Below are positions 1-13,787 of a stretch of 64,000 bases of DNA, piece after piece (within the stretch, counting starts at the first letter, position 1; each line of letters starts with the position of its first letter). Below the pieces are notes generated by a model. That model saw nothing but the letters and a program-made list of their open reading frames with translations. It did no database searches and had not been told where the DNA came from. A program made the position numbers and the translations under genes. This stretch comes from Dipteris shenzhenensis (Eukaryota), in assembly GCA_047967505.1 (NCBI GenBank), contig CM106538.1, one strand, 5' to 3'.

Positions 1-3000
1 TCAAAGAAAGGGAAATCTAAAGAGAGCTCGAAGTCAAAGAAAAAAGTGAAATCCTCTTCAGGAGATGAGAAGTTAAAGAAAAAGGTCAAACAACATTTGA
101 AAAGCATGGTACTATCAGAAGCCGCTTCATCTGAGAAGCCTAAATGTGAGTTCTATTATTAAAAAAACCATGAGAGTACCAATTGTTGGTATAATCCAAA
201 ATATAGGGGGAGATTGCCTCCTCATATGCAAAATACAGGGGTAGTGACACAACCATCTATAGTTTATCAAGTAGGGGTGGATGATCCTGCTAACCAAGGA
301 AGAAGGCAATCATATCAGAATTGGGGAAATCAACCTTGCGATAATGATGCTCAGAATTGCACATATTGTGGTCAAGACGGACATTAGCAAGGCCCAAGTT
401 GTGAGTTATGGTGCAAACACTGCAATGAGAGGGGTATCCTGATTGTGTAGTACCAAACTCGATCACAAACACAAAATCAACCTCGACAGCCACCAGCTCA
501 AGCCAATGATGTGCTTATTCGGTTGGAACAGAGTTGTTCGAAGGACACACACATGGAGGTGAAGCAACTAGTTGGGCATGAAGAGAATGATTTAGAGTCA
601 ATGATGGCAGAGTCCTATGATTGTATGGGTTGCAATCAAGAAGGGAGGATGCCAGAGAAACAAAGATATCCAAGAGCACTTGCCATTACAAGATAGGGTT
701 CTATCCCGGTTGAAAAGAAATTGCCTGTGGTTGCAGCAAAAGGTAAGCATCCAATTGATTGGAATGAGCAAAATAGAGTTCATCAAGATGTTCTTAAAGC
801 TCTTGGTAAGCTGAAAGCAGGAAAGGAAATTAAGTGGGGAGTGAAAGATACCTCACAATCTCAGCCTGTAGAAAGAACGATTAATGTAGAAATACAGATG
901 ATGGAGGAGAAGATCCTGCCTCCATGTGCAAAGCTAGCAGCAGTGAATAAGGAGGAACAAGTAAAGAAAGGTGACCAAAGTGAAGGATGTACAAAGGATG
1001 TTGTTGTGCTCAAAGAGTAGCATGGAAGCAAAAATATCGAGGTGCTAAAGGAGAAGACTCCTTCCAGAAGGTGTTGTCCGGTTGGTGAAATACGCAACAA
1101 ACCCAAAGTTAGCGATGCAGTAATTGTTTCATAGTTTGCTGAAGGCCCAAATGAATATTACATTAGACTAGCTTCTTAATTTGGTACTAGAATTCAAGGC
1201 GCAGTTCCTAAAGAGTTTGTTGGACGGTGATATGTACTTAATTGATAAGGCAAAAGAGGATGAGGAGGAGGTTTGGGAAGTTGAACTCGAAGTTAATTCA
1301 GCATAAATTGAAGATGTAGATTATATTGCTCCACTAATTCAGGTGGAATATAAATCACAAATCATATCAGAGGTCCTCTTGGATGGTGGGTCTGGTGTGA
1401 ACATACTATCGAAGGATCTTTACAAAAAAAATTGTCCCAATGAGCTAGAGCTAGTCTCTTTTCAGGTCAAAATGGTAGATCAATGGAGGGTCCAACCTCT
1501 TGGGATACTGAGAAACCCGTAGATTGGAGTTTGTGGTCTGACTTTCATGGTTAGTTTTGTTATTGTTCAAATGGAGGGAGATGATAAATCTTATTCCATG
1601 TTACTTGGCAACCTGTGGTTTCGAGTAGCCAAGGTTAATAAGCAGGATTAGGGAGCTGTTGTGATAGGGTTACTTTTCGTAAGGGAAAGAAGAAATTTAA
1701 AATGGCCATGGTTCCAACAAGGAGTGTTCCAAAAAGTGTTCAACCCTTGGTAGCTGAAGGAATTAACAAGGTGGCCAAAGTTGAAGATGATCAGGAAGAG
1801 TATTTTCTCAAAAGAAATCCCTCTTTGGTTCCAATTTTTGAAGTGGATGTGAAGGCCATAGTTGACCAACACAAGAAGAATGAATTGAGCAATTCTTTAT
1901 CAATGAAGTATTGTGGTTCTAAATTCGGAAGGAAATAGTCCGAAAGCAAAACACAGGAAACACAAAGAACATAAGTCAAATGAAGTAACTATAGAACAAT
2001 GGAATGCTAAATGAAGAAAAGGAAGAATTTTATATCAAAACATATATTCAAGCAATCATTGAAGCAAAAATGGCATTTGAAGATCACTTAAGAAGGTGTG
2101 CAAGAGTTTAGGAGAATGACCTCAAAGAGATGAATCTTGAAACAGAACAAGATCCGAAGATGGTACATATTAGTGCTTTGTTGAATGAAAATTTTCATGA
2201 AAATTTGAAACATTTGTTACTAGAATTCAAGGATATATTTGCCTGGCATTACACAGACATGAAGGGTGTTGATCCATCTTTTTATCAACATAGGATCAAC
2301 TTAAGGAAGGATGTTGTCCCAGTGATCCAACAAAGATACACAATGAACCCCAATTATGCTCAAAAGGTGAAGTAAGAAATTGATAAATTGCTCAAGGTGG
2401 GGTTTATTTACCCACAGTGGATAAGGTAACATGGCTTTCACCCATAGTCATAGTACCTAAAAAGAATGGTAAACTCGAGTGTGTGTTGATTATAGAAAGC
2501 TAAATGCAGTAACAATAATAGATCCTTTTCCATTACTTTTTTGTGACATAATGCTTGATGTTGGTTGGTCATGAGATGTATAGATTTCTTGATCATTTTA
2601 GTGGGTATAGTCAAATAAGGATGGTAGCAAAAGGCTTTTGTTTTATTGAAGAAGATGTTAGTTATGGCACTAATTCTTAGACCACCTAACTGGAAGTTAC
2701 CATTTCATATTTTTGCCGATGCTTCATATGTGACCATCGGTGCAGTGTTATTGCATAAATTTGTTAAAAGGTGGTTTCAGCCCATATATTATGCTAGTAG
2801 AAGATTGGCAAAAGCAGAGCATAATCATAGTGTTACTCATAGGGAGGCGTTGGGACTTGTTTATGCTCTCAAAAAATTCAGACACTATTTATTGGGAAAT
2901 AAAGTGATCTTACATGTGTATCATCAAGCTCTTATTTATTTGGTAAACAAGCCACAATTGTGTGGAAGGCTGGCTAAATGGATATTACTCCTCCAATAAT

Positions 3001-4860
3001 ATGATTATGACATTGTTCATACACTTGGTAATCAACATGTTGTTGTAGATTATTTAAGCTGAGTGATGAATGGTGAGGCACCTTTGGGAATTCAGGATGA
3101 TTTACCTAATGCACATTTGTGTTCTGTCAACCTACATGGTGAAATATTTTGTAGACTCGAAATTCCAAAGTTCCATGTCTATAGGTCCATGCTCTGAGAG
3201 ATATCTCAAGCATGCAAGAGGTATGGCACCTTGGAAAAATCAAAAATGTTGTATGCAACGATAATCATGAGTGCATAATAATAATTTTGTGTGGAGGGTG
3301 TAATTGTCTATGCCGAGGTCGGGAGTGTTCTCTTCCTATCAATTCAATCATTTCAACCGACATGCCCACTGCCTCCGATGACATGTCCTTATAAGGGATT
3401 AGTTTAGTGGCAGTTCGCATGTTTGGCATTACACTCTTTTAGCTGTTTCCAGTTCCAGATTACTAAATCTTTTCCAAGCACTTTCGCTTGTTGTTCAATG
3501 TGTCAGAGGATGTCCTTAGCACACAATGATCTCGCTTAAGGTGCAGAGCTTTCATCATCGTGTCTTGAGCTTGATTTACTTTCAACCGCAACCAGTAGAG
3601 AGATGGGTCACAAACCTGCAAGTGCACCGGCTCATTATCCAAAGGGAGATAAAGTCAGCCATAGTGGAAGCTCATGACCTTTCGGAGGATTCGGCCATTG
3701 AGTCAAATCCGTCGAGGAAAAAGTAGTAAATCAATGACAGTCCATCGTTATTCCAAGAATCAAAGGTATCTCTTGATTTGGGATTACATAAGAAATGGTT
3801 AAAAAAGATTAAGTTATATGATTTCACATGTTTGCCATTGTGGAAGGATAACCCAGATGTTCTCAGTCAATTTCAAGTATTACAATGAATGGGGGGAGAA
3901 ATTGCTATGGAAGTGAAAATCACACTGGAATTGGTTGCGAGTGTGTTTTGTTTTCCCTATTATTTAGAAGAGGTTCAAACTGATATATGTGCAAATGAGA
4001 TCATGATGACCAAGTTTGGAAATCTAGTTTCGTCCAAAATTTGTTATATGATTAGTAAAGTACAGGATCCAATCAGAAAGTAGCAGTTGGGTTGGTTTGT
4101 AGAGAGGGTTGTGTTACTGGTTTGGAATGATTATATGGCCAAAGAAAATTATGCTTACTTGTTAGCTACAAAAAAGGGGAAAAGGCATCGTGGGCAATGC
4201 TAGTGTACACAAAGATATGTACACAAAGATAATGTAGGAGATCTCAAGGAAACAATCCCGAACTCTGAATCAGTTTTCTAGAATTGTACCATATATTACA
4301 GCTTTATTTGGTCATGTGGTCTAGAAGAGGGAAAGCAATCCATCTCACAAGGAAAAAGGGAAAAAGGTGTTTGAAGATTCGGATGATATAGTTAAGGATA
4401 CCATTGATCACTTGGTCAAAGCCAAGTACACATATCAACAATCAGTTGAGATGGCTACAGGAAAGTCATTATTTATAGCTTTATGGAATGCACCGATCAT
4501 AGGTAAGGAGAAGAAGGTTCTTTAAGAACCATCATTAAATCTAGATTGAAGATTTCATTGAAGAAGGGGGCAATAGGTGACTTAAAGGCTTTATTGAGAG
4601 AAAATTTCCGTCCCTTTTCCTTGAGAGAATTCCGTTCATTGCATTTCTTCTTGAGAGACTTCTGTTATGTGAAAGAGAGTCCATTCATGAGGTTCCTTCG
4701 ATTGTTTCTTTGAAAGATTCAAAGAGAGTGAAAGTTCTTCATTTTCGTTGAAAGAACTAAATTCTATTCATTCTACAAAGAGATGTTGCCTTCTTTGTTT
4801 TTTGAAGAGAAATTTTAGTTTGGAGCTTGTGAGAGGGAGAAGTTTCTAATCCTATCCTAC
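1..4860 (+). mobile_element. Decayed Ty3/gypsy (Athila/Tat-like) LTR retrotransposon A, internally deleted
   Basis: Protease LLDGGSGVNIL (~1375); RT start (DIFAWHYTDMKGVDP, DPFPL, FSGYSQI; 2130-2630) fused by deletion to RNase H (FADAS, YYASRRL, KKFRHYL; 2646-3000). No integrase seen. Purine tract gaagaagggggcaa at ~4560 precedes a probable 3' LTR remnant. Many stops and frameshifts. Confidence 0.85.
3500..4520 (+). pseudogene. Decayed accessory (ORF2/env-like) region of gypsy element A
   Basis: Broken frames with VKITLELVASVFCFP and WAMLVYTKI, lying between pol and the purine tract; motif pattern parallels the 14300-14640 ORF of element B. Confidence 0.5.
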
Positions 4861-6388
4861 ACCGAGAGAGAGAGAGAGCGCCTATTAGACAACAAACTAC
4901 GAGCTCCTCAGCCAAGCTCTGCAACTACGAGCTCCTCAGCCAAACTCACCCACAACAGCAGCAATGAGGGACGATCAAACGGCACCTAGCAAGCAGTAAC
5001 TACTACAGCCAACTCGACCCAAATAAGCAAGCGCAAGGCAGCCGCCGCAACACAGAAGCAAGCAGCGCTCCACACGTAGCAACAAGCCCATGACTTAGCT
5101 ACGCTCCTATCATCCTGTAGCGATCTCACAACAACGGCACAGCGCCAGCCAACGGATGTCCTTAAGGCTCTTAAGAGCAACGCCCGTGAGAGCCTAATGT
5201 ACAAGACGGTTCACAGGCAAAAATCTCGCCATGCAAGCCAGCAGCAGCTAGTCCAAGCAGCCGCCCATAGACTTTGATCTAATTCTTGACGTGCCAAGAG
5301 CTCGATCTTCTTGACCCAACCATACTCGCAAGTAATGTAGAGATGAGCAGCAGCCAAGTGATCTACAATCATCCCGACTCCAACAAATAGAACGACAGAT
5401 GACTGCGGCTTGCAACAGGCAACACTACGGAGGACAGCTTCTGCAGGAGCTTTAAGTTTTTGTGCCAAGCTCTCTATCACGCTTAATCGACAACTTCAAG
5501 GTTCGAGCAAACCTCCAACGAGCCAGTAAGGGCCCTTCCACAATGCGCTGGACTTCCAAAGGTCCAAAGCTCCTCCAGCGCCTCGGCTGGACTCTACCAA
5601 CCACCGCCATAGCCAACTCCATAGCCAGCGCTACACAACGAGCCACCTCCATAGCCAGCGCTCTACCATCATTCACCGAGCCGCTTCTCCAGCGCCTGCC
5701 TCTCCAGGAGACTACCCAACCAGCTCCCAGCCAACGCCAGACGAGCGCTCAGCCTACAGACAGCCCACGCAAGCTCTTGCTACAGTAGCTCCACAACCTC
5801 TAGTAGCCCTGCGCTCCATCAACGAGAAGCACACAGACAGCGGCTCGTCAGTCTCGCGGAAGAGGCAGTCGGGGAAGACGACAGAATCTGAAAGGTTCCA
5901 TCAGAATCTTCAGAAGATTTCTATCTCCGACACGTGGCGGATAAGGGGCTACCCTTATCCCCTGCTTGACCACATTTGGTTAGAAAATTGACACGTGACA
6001 GCCACATCATCTCATATGACACCTCAGCAACTGCCATGTCAGCAGCCCCTATCATCACCTTATCCACAGTGCCATGTCATCTGCCATGGTGGCAGCCATG
6101 TTAGTAGGCTATGTCATCTTGCCAACTCATCAGCCACGTCATCATTGACACATCAGCTGCCATGTCAGCATTGCCACATCATCATAACGATTCATGGAGG
6201 CTCTCCCTCCGCAGGAGTTCAAGGGTTTAAAAGGGGATTTCAGGGTTTGAAAGGGGGACAAGGTTGAGAGAGCTAACTGGGAGTTCTAGGGTTCAAAGAG
6301 GGTTGCAGGGTTTAGGAGAAGTCCAAGGTTGAGGAGTGGAGAGCTAGTCTCCTTCGCAGATTCAAGGGGTAAGGGTTGAGGAGGAGGG

Positions 6389-6495
6389 ACAAGGAAGGAG
6401 GAGGAAGAGAGAGGAGAGAGGAGAGTGGAGAGAGGAGGAGGAGAAGGAGAAGGAGAAGGAGAAGGAGAAGGAGAAGGAGAAGGGAGGAGGAGGAG
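6389..6495. repeat. Purine-rich simple repeat including (GGAGAA)n
   Basis: Directly visible. Confidence 0.9.
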
Positions 6496-6738
6496 AGTGC
6501 AAGGGTAAGGGCATGCTAGAACACGATAGTGTAAGAGAGCATGGACGCAATGGAGATCAATCGCATGAATACAATAATGAGCTTGAAGACTGAACCCCAA
6601 AGAGTGGGAGCTTCATTCCATTGAGAGATATTTATACATGTTGGTCTCTACACAATCCGTAGGTACCTCCGTGGTGGGACCTCTTTTGTAGGAGACCTTT
6701 TAGACAAGAGTCCCTCCACTTTTGGGGGGGGCCTTATG

Positions 6739-6820
6739 GGTCTCTACACAAAGTGGGGGGACCTTCGAGTCTCTACACAAAGTGGGGGGACCTTTTGGGT
6801 CTCTACGCAAAGTAGGGGGA
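6739..6820. repeat. Three tandem ~29-30 bp units gtctctacacaaagtggggggacctt
   Basis: Directly visible; a further partial copy lies at ~6643. Confidence 0.9.
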
Positions 6821-9800
6821 CGTATGCTCTGGCTGCGGGGTGCACCATCTATACAAGGATTGTCCCAAGAGGAGAGCACCTAGAATGGCTCCCCATCCTA
6901 AAGTCATCATTAACTTGCTAAGTATTCAGAGGGTCCAAGTGTCCTCTATGTCATTAAATGTGATTATGAGAGCCCAAGCTAGAGCCAAGAGTAAAGAGCT
7001 CCACAAGCAAGCTAAGAGGGAAAAAGCAGCCACCTCTCAGTCCAACGGTAAAGGCTGCGCAAGTGCACGTAAAGGTAGGAAAGGGATCGGATCAAGTCAT
7101 CATTTAGAGTGGCTTGGATGAAGAGGCGGTGACGGTCTCTACCTCCACATCATCAGGAACCTGCCCGATTGACCATAGATCCTACTGCACTATGGCATGA
7201 GGAAAAGGATCGGATAAGACAAACATAGCCATGTAGATGAGATGTAAGCCCAGTTGGCCATAACAAATCCCCCAATCCTGCTACCGAGAAACAATACCTT
7301 GCAGAGGCACAACGATTAGTCCGTGAGTGTCAAGAAAGATTCAACCACAGGTTCACGACTAATAAGGGCATGGACACCATCCATCCAAATCATCAAGCCC
7401 TCCCAACTACCCTAGAAAGGTCAATGAGATAGTCTCAAATACCACATCGATGGGAAGGTCACTCTTACATTATAAGATGTTTGAAGAGGATCCTATTTGG
7501 CACCAGGTTGTAGACGAGGACTCTCTATCCTTTTACACGTTCGAAGAATTGCAATTTGAAGGTCGAGAACCAATCAGTTAACCTTGTTATGTGGTAAGGC
7601 TTCATCGCATTCTTATCCACAGAGGTGAAAATGCCCATAGCGGGCCTGTTAAGAGGGGACCGAATCATGGAGAGATCTCTCCCATTGGATGAATGGACAA
7701 ATGGTCACCCCCACTGGAGAGATCACTCCCACTGGATGAATGGACAAATGGTCACCCCCAAGAAAGTGGCCATTGTGGTAGTCAAAGCCCTATAGAAGAG
7801 CTGAATTTGCTATAAGATACCAGTCAATATGTTGGACCAGTACTTCGAGAGTGACGATACAAATGGTGTACTCTTGATTACCTCCCTAAATAAAAAGGCC
7901 ACGGAAATACTAGATGGAAGAGTGGGTGTCAGCATTGTCACTAAGCAATGCTAGATTAAATGGGGAAAGCTTGAGATGAAAGCACCAACTTGATTGTGAA
8001 GCTAGTTGATGGTGCAACAGCTCAGCTAGTGGGAGTCCTAAAAGACATAAAGCTCAAACCTTTGTTTTACTTACCAGGTCTAGTTTGTGATAGATTTCCA
8101 CAGGTAGCCAGATGGTTATGATGTCATCTTAGGGAGACCATTTATGCATGCCGCAGGTCTCTGAGCCTCTAATAAAATTTATTTGCGCAAGGATGAACAA
8201 ATTGTGAGGGTTGACCTACAAACACGAAAAGCTCACCCCATGATCGGCAACTTATTTGCGGCCAAGTCAGACACTACCCAAAGAATTGCCCCCATTAATG
8301 TGTTCCAAGCTTGTAACAAGAAGGAAATAAAGTATAGGAATTCCCTCTAGCTGAGTCCCTACAAAAGACTAAACCAAAATCAAAAGAGCAAGGCCTTGAA
8401 GGCCAAGGATACTAAGGCTTCTCCTAGGGAGAGGGAGAAGCAGCCTACCTCAAAAGCCATGGAGGACGGTGAGGGAGAAGAAATTGATCTACGACAAGTC
8501 CCCAAGCTCTTCGAGGCTTATACGGTACAAGACCACAAGATACTTCTTGAGCAGGCTAAATGGTCAGTATAGCAAGGGGACCAATATGTTTATGACAGTC
8601 CGGCTGAGGTCAAAGGAAGTAGACCTTGCCAGTGAAGGCAAAGACCCTAAACCGGTCTATATAGCCAATGACTTGACCCCTAAGTAAGAGTAGGCCTTAC
8701 TTGCTCTACTGCATGAATTCCAAGTTTTTTTTCTTGGAAGTATATGGACATGAAGGGTGTGCCTCCCAAGGTTGTACAACACACCATTCCCATGATGGAT
8801 GACAAAGCATTTGTGCGATAGAGACCCTACCCGATGAATTTGAAGTATGCGACAATTATACGAGAAGAGATACAGAAACAGGTCAACACATGATTCATCT
8901 ATGAGATTGAGCATACGGACTAGGTATCCCCTACACCTATAGTCCTAAAAAAGAATGGCAAGATTATAGTATGTGTGGATCTTAAAAAAGTAAACGCTAC
9001 AACTCGTAAAGACCACTATCTCGTTGCTCTTTACGGAGCATGTTCTAAAAAGAGTCCGATCCTTTGGATACAACTAGGTGTCTATAGCACCACAGGATCA
9101 ACACAAAACCACCATGGAATGGGGAGTCTATCCTCCAAGCTGATGCTCTTTGGGCTCACAAATGCTCCAGTGACATTCCATAGGTTAATGATCACGGCCT
9201 TCAAGGAGTATCTGAGGGACTTTAGAGGTCTTCTTAGATGACTTGTGCATTCATTCCAATTGGGATGATCACCTTAAGTATCTGAGACTTGTATTCAAAA
9301 GATGTCTCTCTACCATAGCTCCCTCAACCCCTTGGAATGCCAATTATGGGTGAAACATGGGGTTATACTTGGTCATGTAGTGTCCCAAAATGGGATCTCC
9401 ATAGAGTATAACAGGATCAAACTTATCCTGGAATTACCCCCACCCACCAATACAAGAGGACATACAAAGATTCACTAGGCACATGGGCTACTATCATAGG
9501 TTCATCTACAACTATGCCAAGATCGCCTACCCCTTGTACAAACTACTGATCATCTTTCATTAGACATAAGAATGCCAACTTTCCTATGAGACCTAGTCTT
9601 GGCATCAGCCCCGATTTTGTGAGCACCTAACTGGGACTTGATCTTTCATGTCCATATTGATGCTTTGAATTCGCAATAGGGTGCGTGTTGGTGCAGCTAA
9701 GTGAGTTCAATTTGGACTATCTGATAGACTTTGCTCGCCAACTGAACAATGCTAAAATAAATTATACCACAGTTGAGTGAGAAGGACTTGCCATAAACTA

Positions 9801-11535
9801 TGCAGTCAAAAAGTTTAGGCATTACTTATTGGCAAACAAAATTGTCTTCTTTGTAGATCACCAGGCTCTCCTTAAACTGGTCAATAAATTGTGCATGATT
9901 GGATGCATCAGGCGGTGGATGCTCATTCTTTTAGAGTTGGACTTCACCATTGCTTTAAGAAAGGGAAGTACACATTTTATGGCCAATCAAATGCTCCATA
10001 TTCCCAATGGCAAACCAGTGTGACAAGACGATCTTCCAAATGCCCCATTATTCTTGGTTGATCTAATTTTGGAATGAACACAAGATATTGGGCACTTCTT
10101 AGCTAATGGAGTCCCCCAGGACAAGGCCCTTAACAAGGACAGGGCCAAGAAGCTTATCAAAGGATGCGGCCCCATATCAATTAATCACTCGGCAGGACAA
10201 CTTTACCGGATAGGGAAAAATGGTAGAATGCATTGTTGTGTCCAAGAGGATGAGTTCGTGAAGGTTCTGGAAGGCCTGTAAGATATTGCAAGCCAGATTA
10301 TGGTGGCCTATGCTCTTCCTAGATGCTGCCGAGTTTGTTAAGCACTGTGATCCCTACCAAACGAATCTCCATACCCCACATTTAGGACTATATCCCTCTG
10401 ATACGAGTCCTTACATCAACCCTTCGAGAAGTGGTGAATTGATTTTGTAGGTCCAATTAGTCCAACCACAAAAAGTACCCAAGGTTGTTACATTATAGTG
10501 GCCACATAATATTTTACCAAGTGGGTAGAATCCAAGACCACAAGGAAAGCGGATGTGAGAACAACTGCTAAATTCCTATATGAGAACGTAATATCACTTT
10601 GGCCTGCCACTTGAAATCATTAGTGATAGGGGAACACACTTTGTTTTAACGACACGATCGGTATACTAATGAGTGAGTTTCTCATTCATCGAAAGTCCAC
10701 GCTTTACTATCCGAGAGATCAAATAGGATCTTGTGCCACACAATGACAAGCCTATAGTTCAAACAAGATCTTATCACACGATGACGTGCATGGTTGAGGC
10801 CAGTCTCGTAACGACTGGGAGCATAAACTCACCGTAGCACTTTGGGCATACCAAATGTCATATAAGGTCGCTACCAAGTGCATGCTCTTTAGCTTAGTGT
10901 TTGGCGTAAAAGCAAATTATGCATATGGAATTTATTGTTCCAAGACTTAGAGTTGCAGTTAGGGATCAAATATCAGAAGAGGCAATTCCAAAAAGGCTAA
11001 TCAAGCTTGAAAGGCTTGATGAAATAACATTGAGAGTGGTCTATGGCATTAAGGTTGAAAAGCTATGCCACAAAAAGTGGTTCGACTGCAACCTTCAGAA
11101 CAAGGACCTAAAAGAAGGAAACCTTGCACTAACGGATAGCGTAAGGAACACAAAGAGTAAATTGAAATATCAAGGAATGGGTCCATACCAAGTTGTGGAA
11201 ATCACACCTCAAGGGTTATGAAGAATCGCGACCCTTGATGGTATTGAAATGGATGGCTATATCATTGGGAGTAAGCTTAAATGCTACTATGACCCATTAA
11301 CACTTCAAATGTTGTAGGCCATCAATTGGGAAAAGGAGCTAAGAAAATAAGTCCCTCGAATGAAGTGACAAGCGCTAGAGGCTAGGGTACGGCAGGCTAA
11401 GACAAAGAACTTAAGGCTATTAACAATCTGCAAAAGGGTTAAACCCAATGGAATATCTCACCATTGCCCCTACTAGAGTACAAGTGAACTTCTTATTGTG
11501 TAGGAATACTGTGTAGGAATACTATTTGCTCTACA

Positions 11536-11760
11536 AAAGCCTTCATCTATCCTGGTGCAAGTCATAACCTTATTTCTTATGAGATGTGCACCCAGCTGCT
11601 GAAGTTCAAGGTAACCCTGGAACCCATGCCTGTCATGGTAGGTGCTATCAACGGGAAAATCTCGCATGCAATAGGTTGTATATCAGCAGATGCTATGTTA
11701 TGTCCGCACGTACTATGGACGAATAGGTCATCCTCGAGAGGACTCGACATTGGGCGGTTA
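11536..11760 (+). pseudogene. Second retropepsin-like aspartic protease domain downstream of integrase
   Basis: KAFIYPGASHNLISYEMCTQL...VGAINGKISHAIG, then frameshifted VILERT. This matches the AL(I/V)D(S/T)GASHNFIS...ILGRPW pattern, with TAT at 11548-11550 where GAT (catalytic Asp) is expected. Confidence 0.65.
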
Positions 11761-13787
11761 ACTACCAAATCGGCTTGCAAGAATGTACCGTGACTCTAAC
11801 CAAAGAGGGTCATACCTCATTCATATCAATTGACAATAAGGCCTCAAGTCCAATGCTTCCTGTGATCCAGATACCCATGAAGAAGTCCATGAGTCCCTTA
11901 GCATCGATGGAAGCTTCTTCATCTGCTTTGGCTGTTATTCTAGTGATAACAACATCCATGCAACAATGTGATAACTTGGCAACTCTAGATTTATGGCACA
12001 ACAGATCAGCAATCATCTTGTTGATCCTACCAATGGCTAGTATGCTAGCACCCAAAGCATACACTCCTACCCTCAACCTCGCGGTCTATGGAAGATCATA
12101 GCCATTGTGCAACATTGCCTCTCCACCCACTTCCTACATCGACGAAGGTTCAAGCCGCGCAACTGTGGAAATCTAGTACAAGAAGACGCAAAACAACCAA
12201 GGGGAAACAAAAGTACCACCCCATGTGGATACCCAAGAGGTTGCTAGGGGCTCAAGCTTTCTATAAGGGCAACAACTTCATATAGGTGCCCAAAGCTCAA
12301 GCTACAACAACCCCACATCCTGGTAAATCTCCTATTAATGCCAAACAGCTTCTGATGTCATCTACGACAAGGGCCGCAATAGTGCCACAAGAACTTGCCT
12401 CTAAAAATAAGGTGGACACATAAGGACCTATTGTTGGGACCCCAAAGGAAAATTCGGTTAAGATGCAACCACCCTTGTATCCTCGCGTGATAATGCTGAT
12501 TCTACTACAAGAAACAACTATGCTACCAGCCACAACAGTCACGCAAGAACTTGTGCCTCGAAATGGGACATCAACACAAGGACCTACTGGTGCAACAAAG
12601 GGGAAATATGAGACTCGTTGGGTTCCAAAGTATCACCCACCAAGGATGGCCTCTACTTCCACCTCAACATCGACAATGGACATGGTAGACCCACAAGAAC
12701 CTGTTCCTAAAAAGGGGGTAGAGACCTACCATCGCTTCTGTTCCTAAAAAGGGGGTAGACCCATAAGGACCTACCATCGCTTCTGTTCCATAGGCATGAA
12801 ATGCGAGCACCAATCCTCTCATAGGTACAACAAAGACAAGGATTCCTCAAGTCTATGTCAAACTTCAAGCTATCCTCCTATTAATCGACGAGGATGCTCG
12901 ACCTAAGCAATTTGATACCAATGAGCTGGCGATGCCGTTCATGCATACTTCAAGGGCAAAGCTCTCCATGCTCCTTGCAGGTGCTCTGAGAAAGTACACA
13001 ACCTGGAGAGATGCTAGGTAATTCAAGTCCTGAACACTCTAGTCCATCGTCCATGCATTCTACTTAGGTGAGAGTAGGGAGTTGGCATTGTAGGTGAAAA
13101 CAGGGAATGATCAAGTCCAGCTCATCCTTAGGTAAAAATAGAGTCCTTGCTGTAACGAAAAAATCATTTGATCACCTAGAGTCAATATCACTTCAGCTAG
13201 GTGATTACGGTCCACGAGTTCGCAGGGTCACTAGCTCACAAGCATGCGACAAAGTTAATATTTTACTACCGCACTCTCCATATCATGCCATAGGCACTCA
13301 CACTGACCCAGGTGAAGGCTAACAAGGTCAGTCAGTTAATCAAAACTCAAAACAGGGCCCACAAAATCAAGTTGGCCAGCGCAGAGAGACTGATAACGCA
13401 ACGATTGACTCTTTTGCTACTATACACCTAATGCAAGAACTTATTACTTGATGTGCTAAAACTAAAGCCACTCACTGATTTACTGCTAATGGCATGACTG
13501 CTAACAGAGCGACATGCCATCATGCCAATGCCAATCATCATTGTAATAATGATGAGTTGATGCGCTATTAACATTGATCCACTGCTTTATTAACGTTGAG
13601 TCACTATGCTAATCCTTTGCTAACACCAATCCCTACTTTATTAATGCCAGTCAGTGTTACCAGGTTCCCTATATAAACAACCAGTCTCATTGTGCAGGTT
13701 CTCACTTGGCAGTGTATTGAAACTCTTTTAAAATTTTCCTTGAATTTTCAAAGCTTCCAAAATCACTCCAACTCTCCCTCACACTTC

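Larger units (their letters stand above)
4883..6822 (-). mobile_element. Non-coding LTR-element remnant (LTR ~6530-6822 plus repetitive internal region)
   Basis: Minus strand has TATA-like tgtataaatat (~6630) and an LTR-like end ctcttaca (~6530). The internal region has degenerate gccacatca/tgccatgtca repeats (5990-6185) and no TE protein motif. Confidence 0.45.

Noticed and set aside
6739-6820. Short direct repeats as a CRISPR array
   Set aside because: Tandem units without unique spacers, eukaryotic context, no cas genes.
13068-13110. PPT plus LTR start (gagagtagggag...TGTAGG) ending element B
   Set aside because: No partner LTR; coding-like ORFs follow and a better PPT lies at ~17500. 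Not fully excluded.
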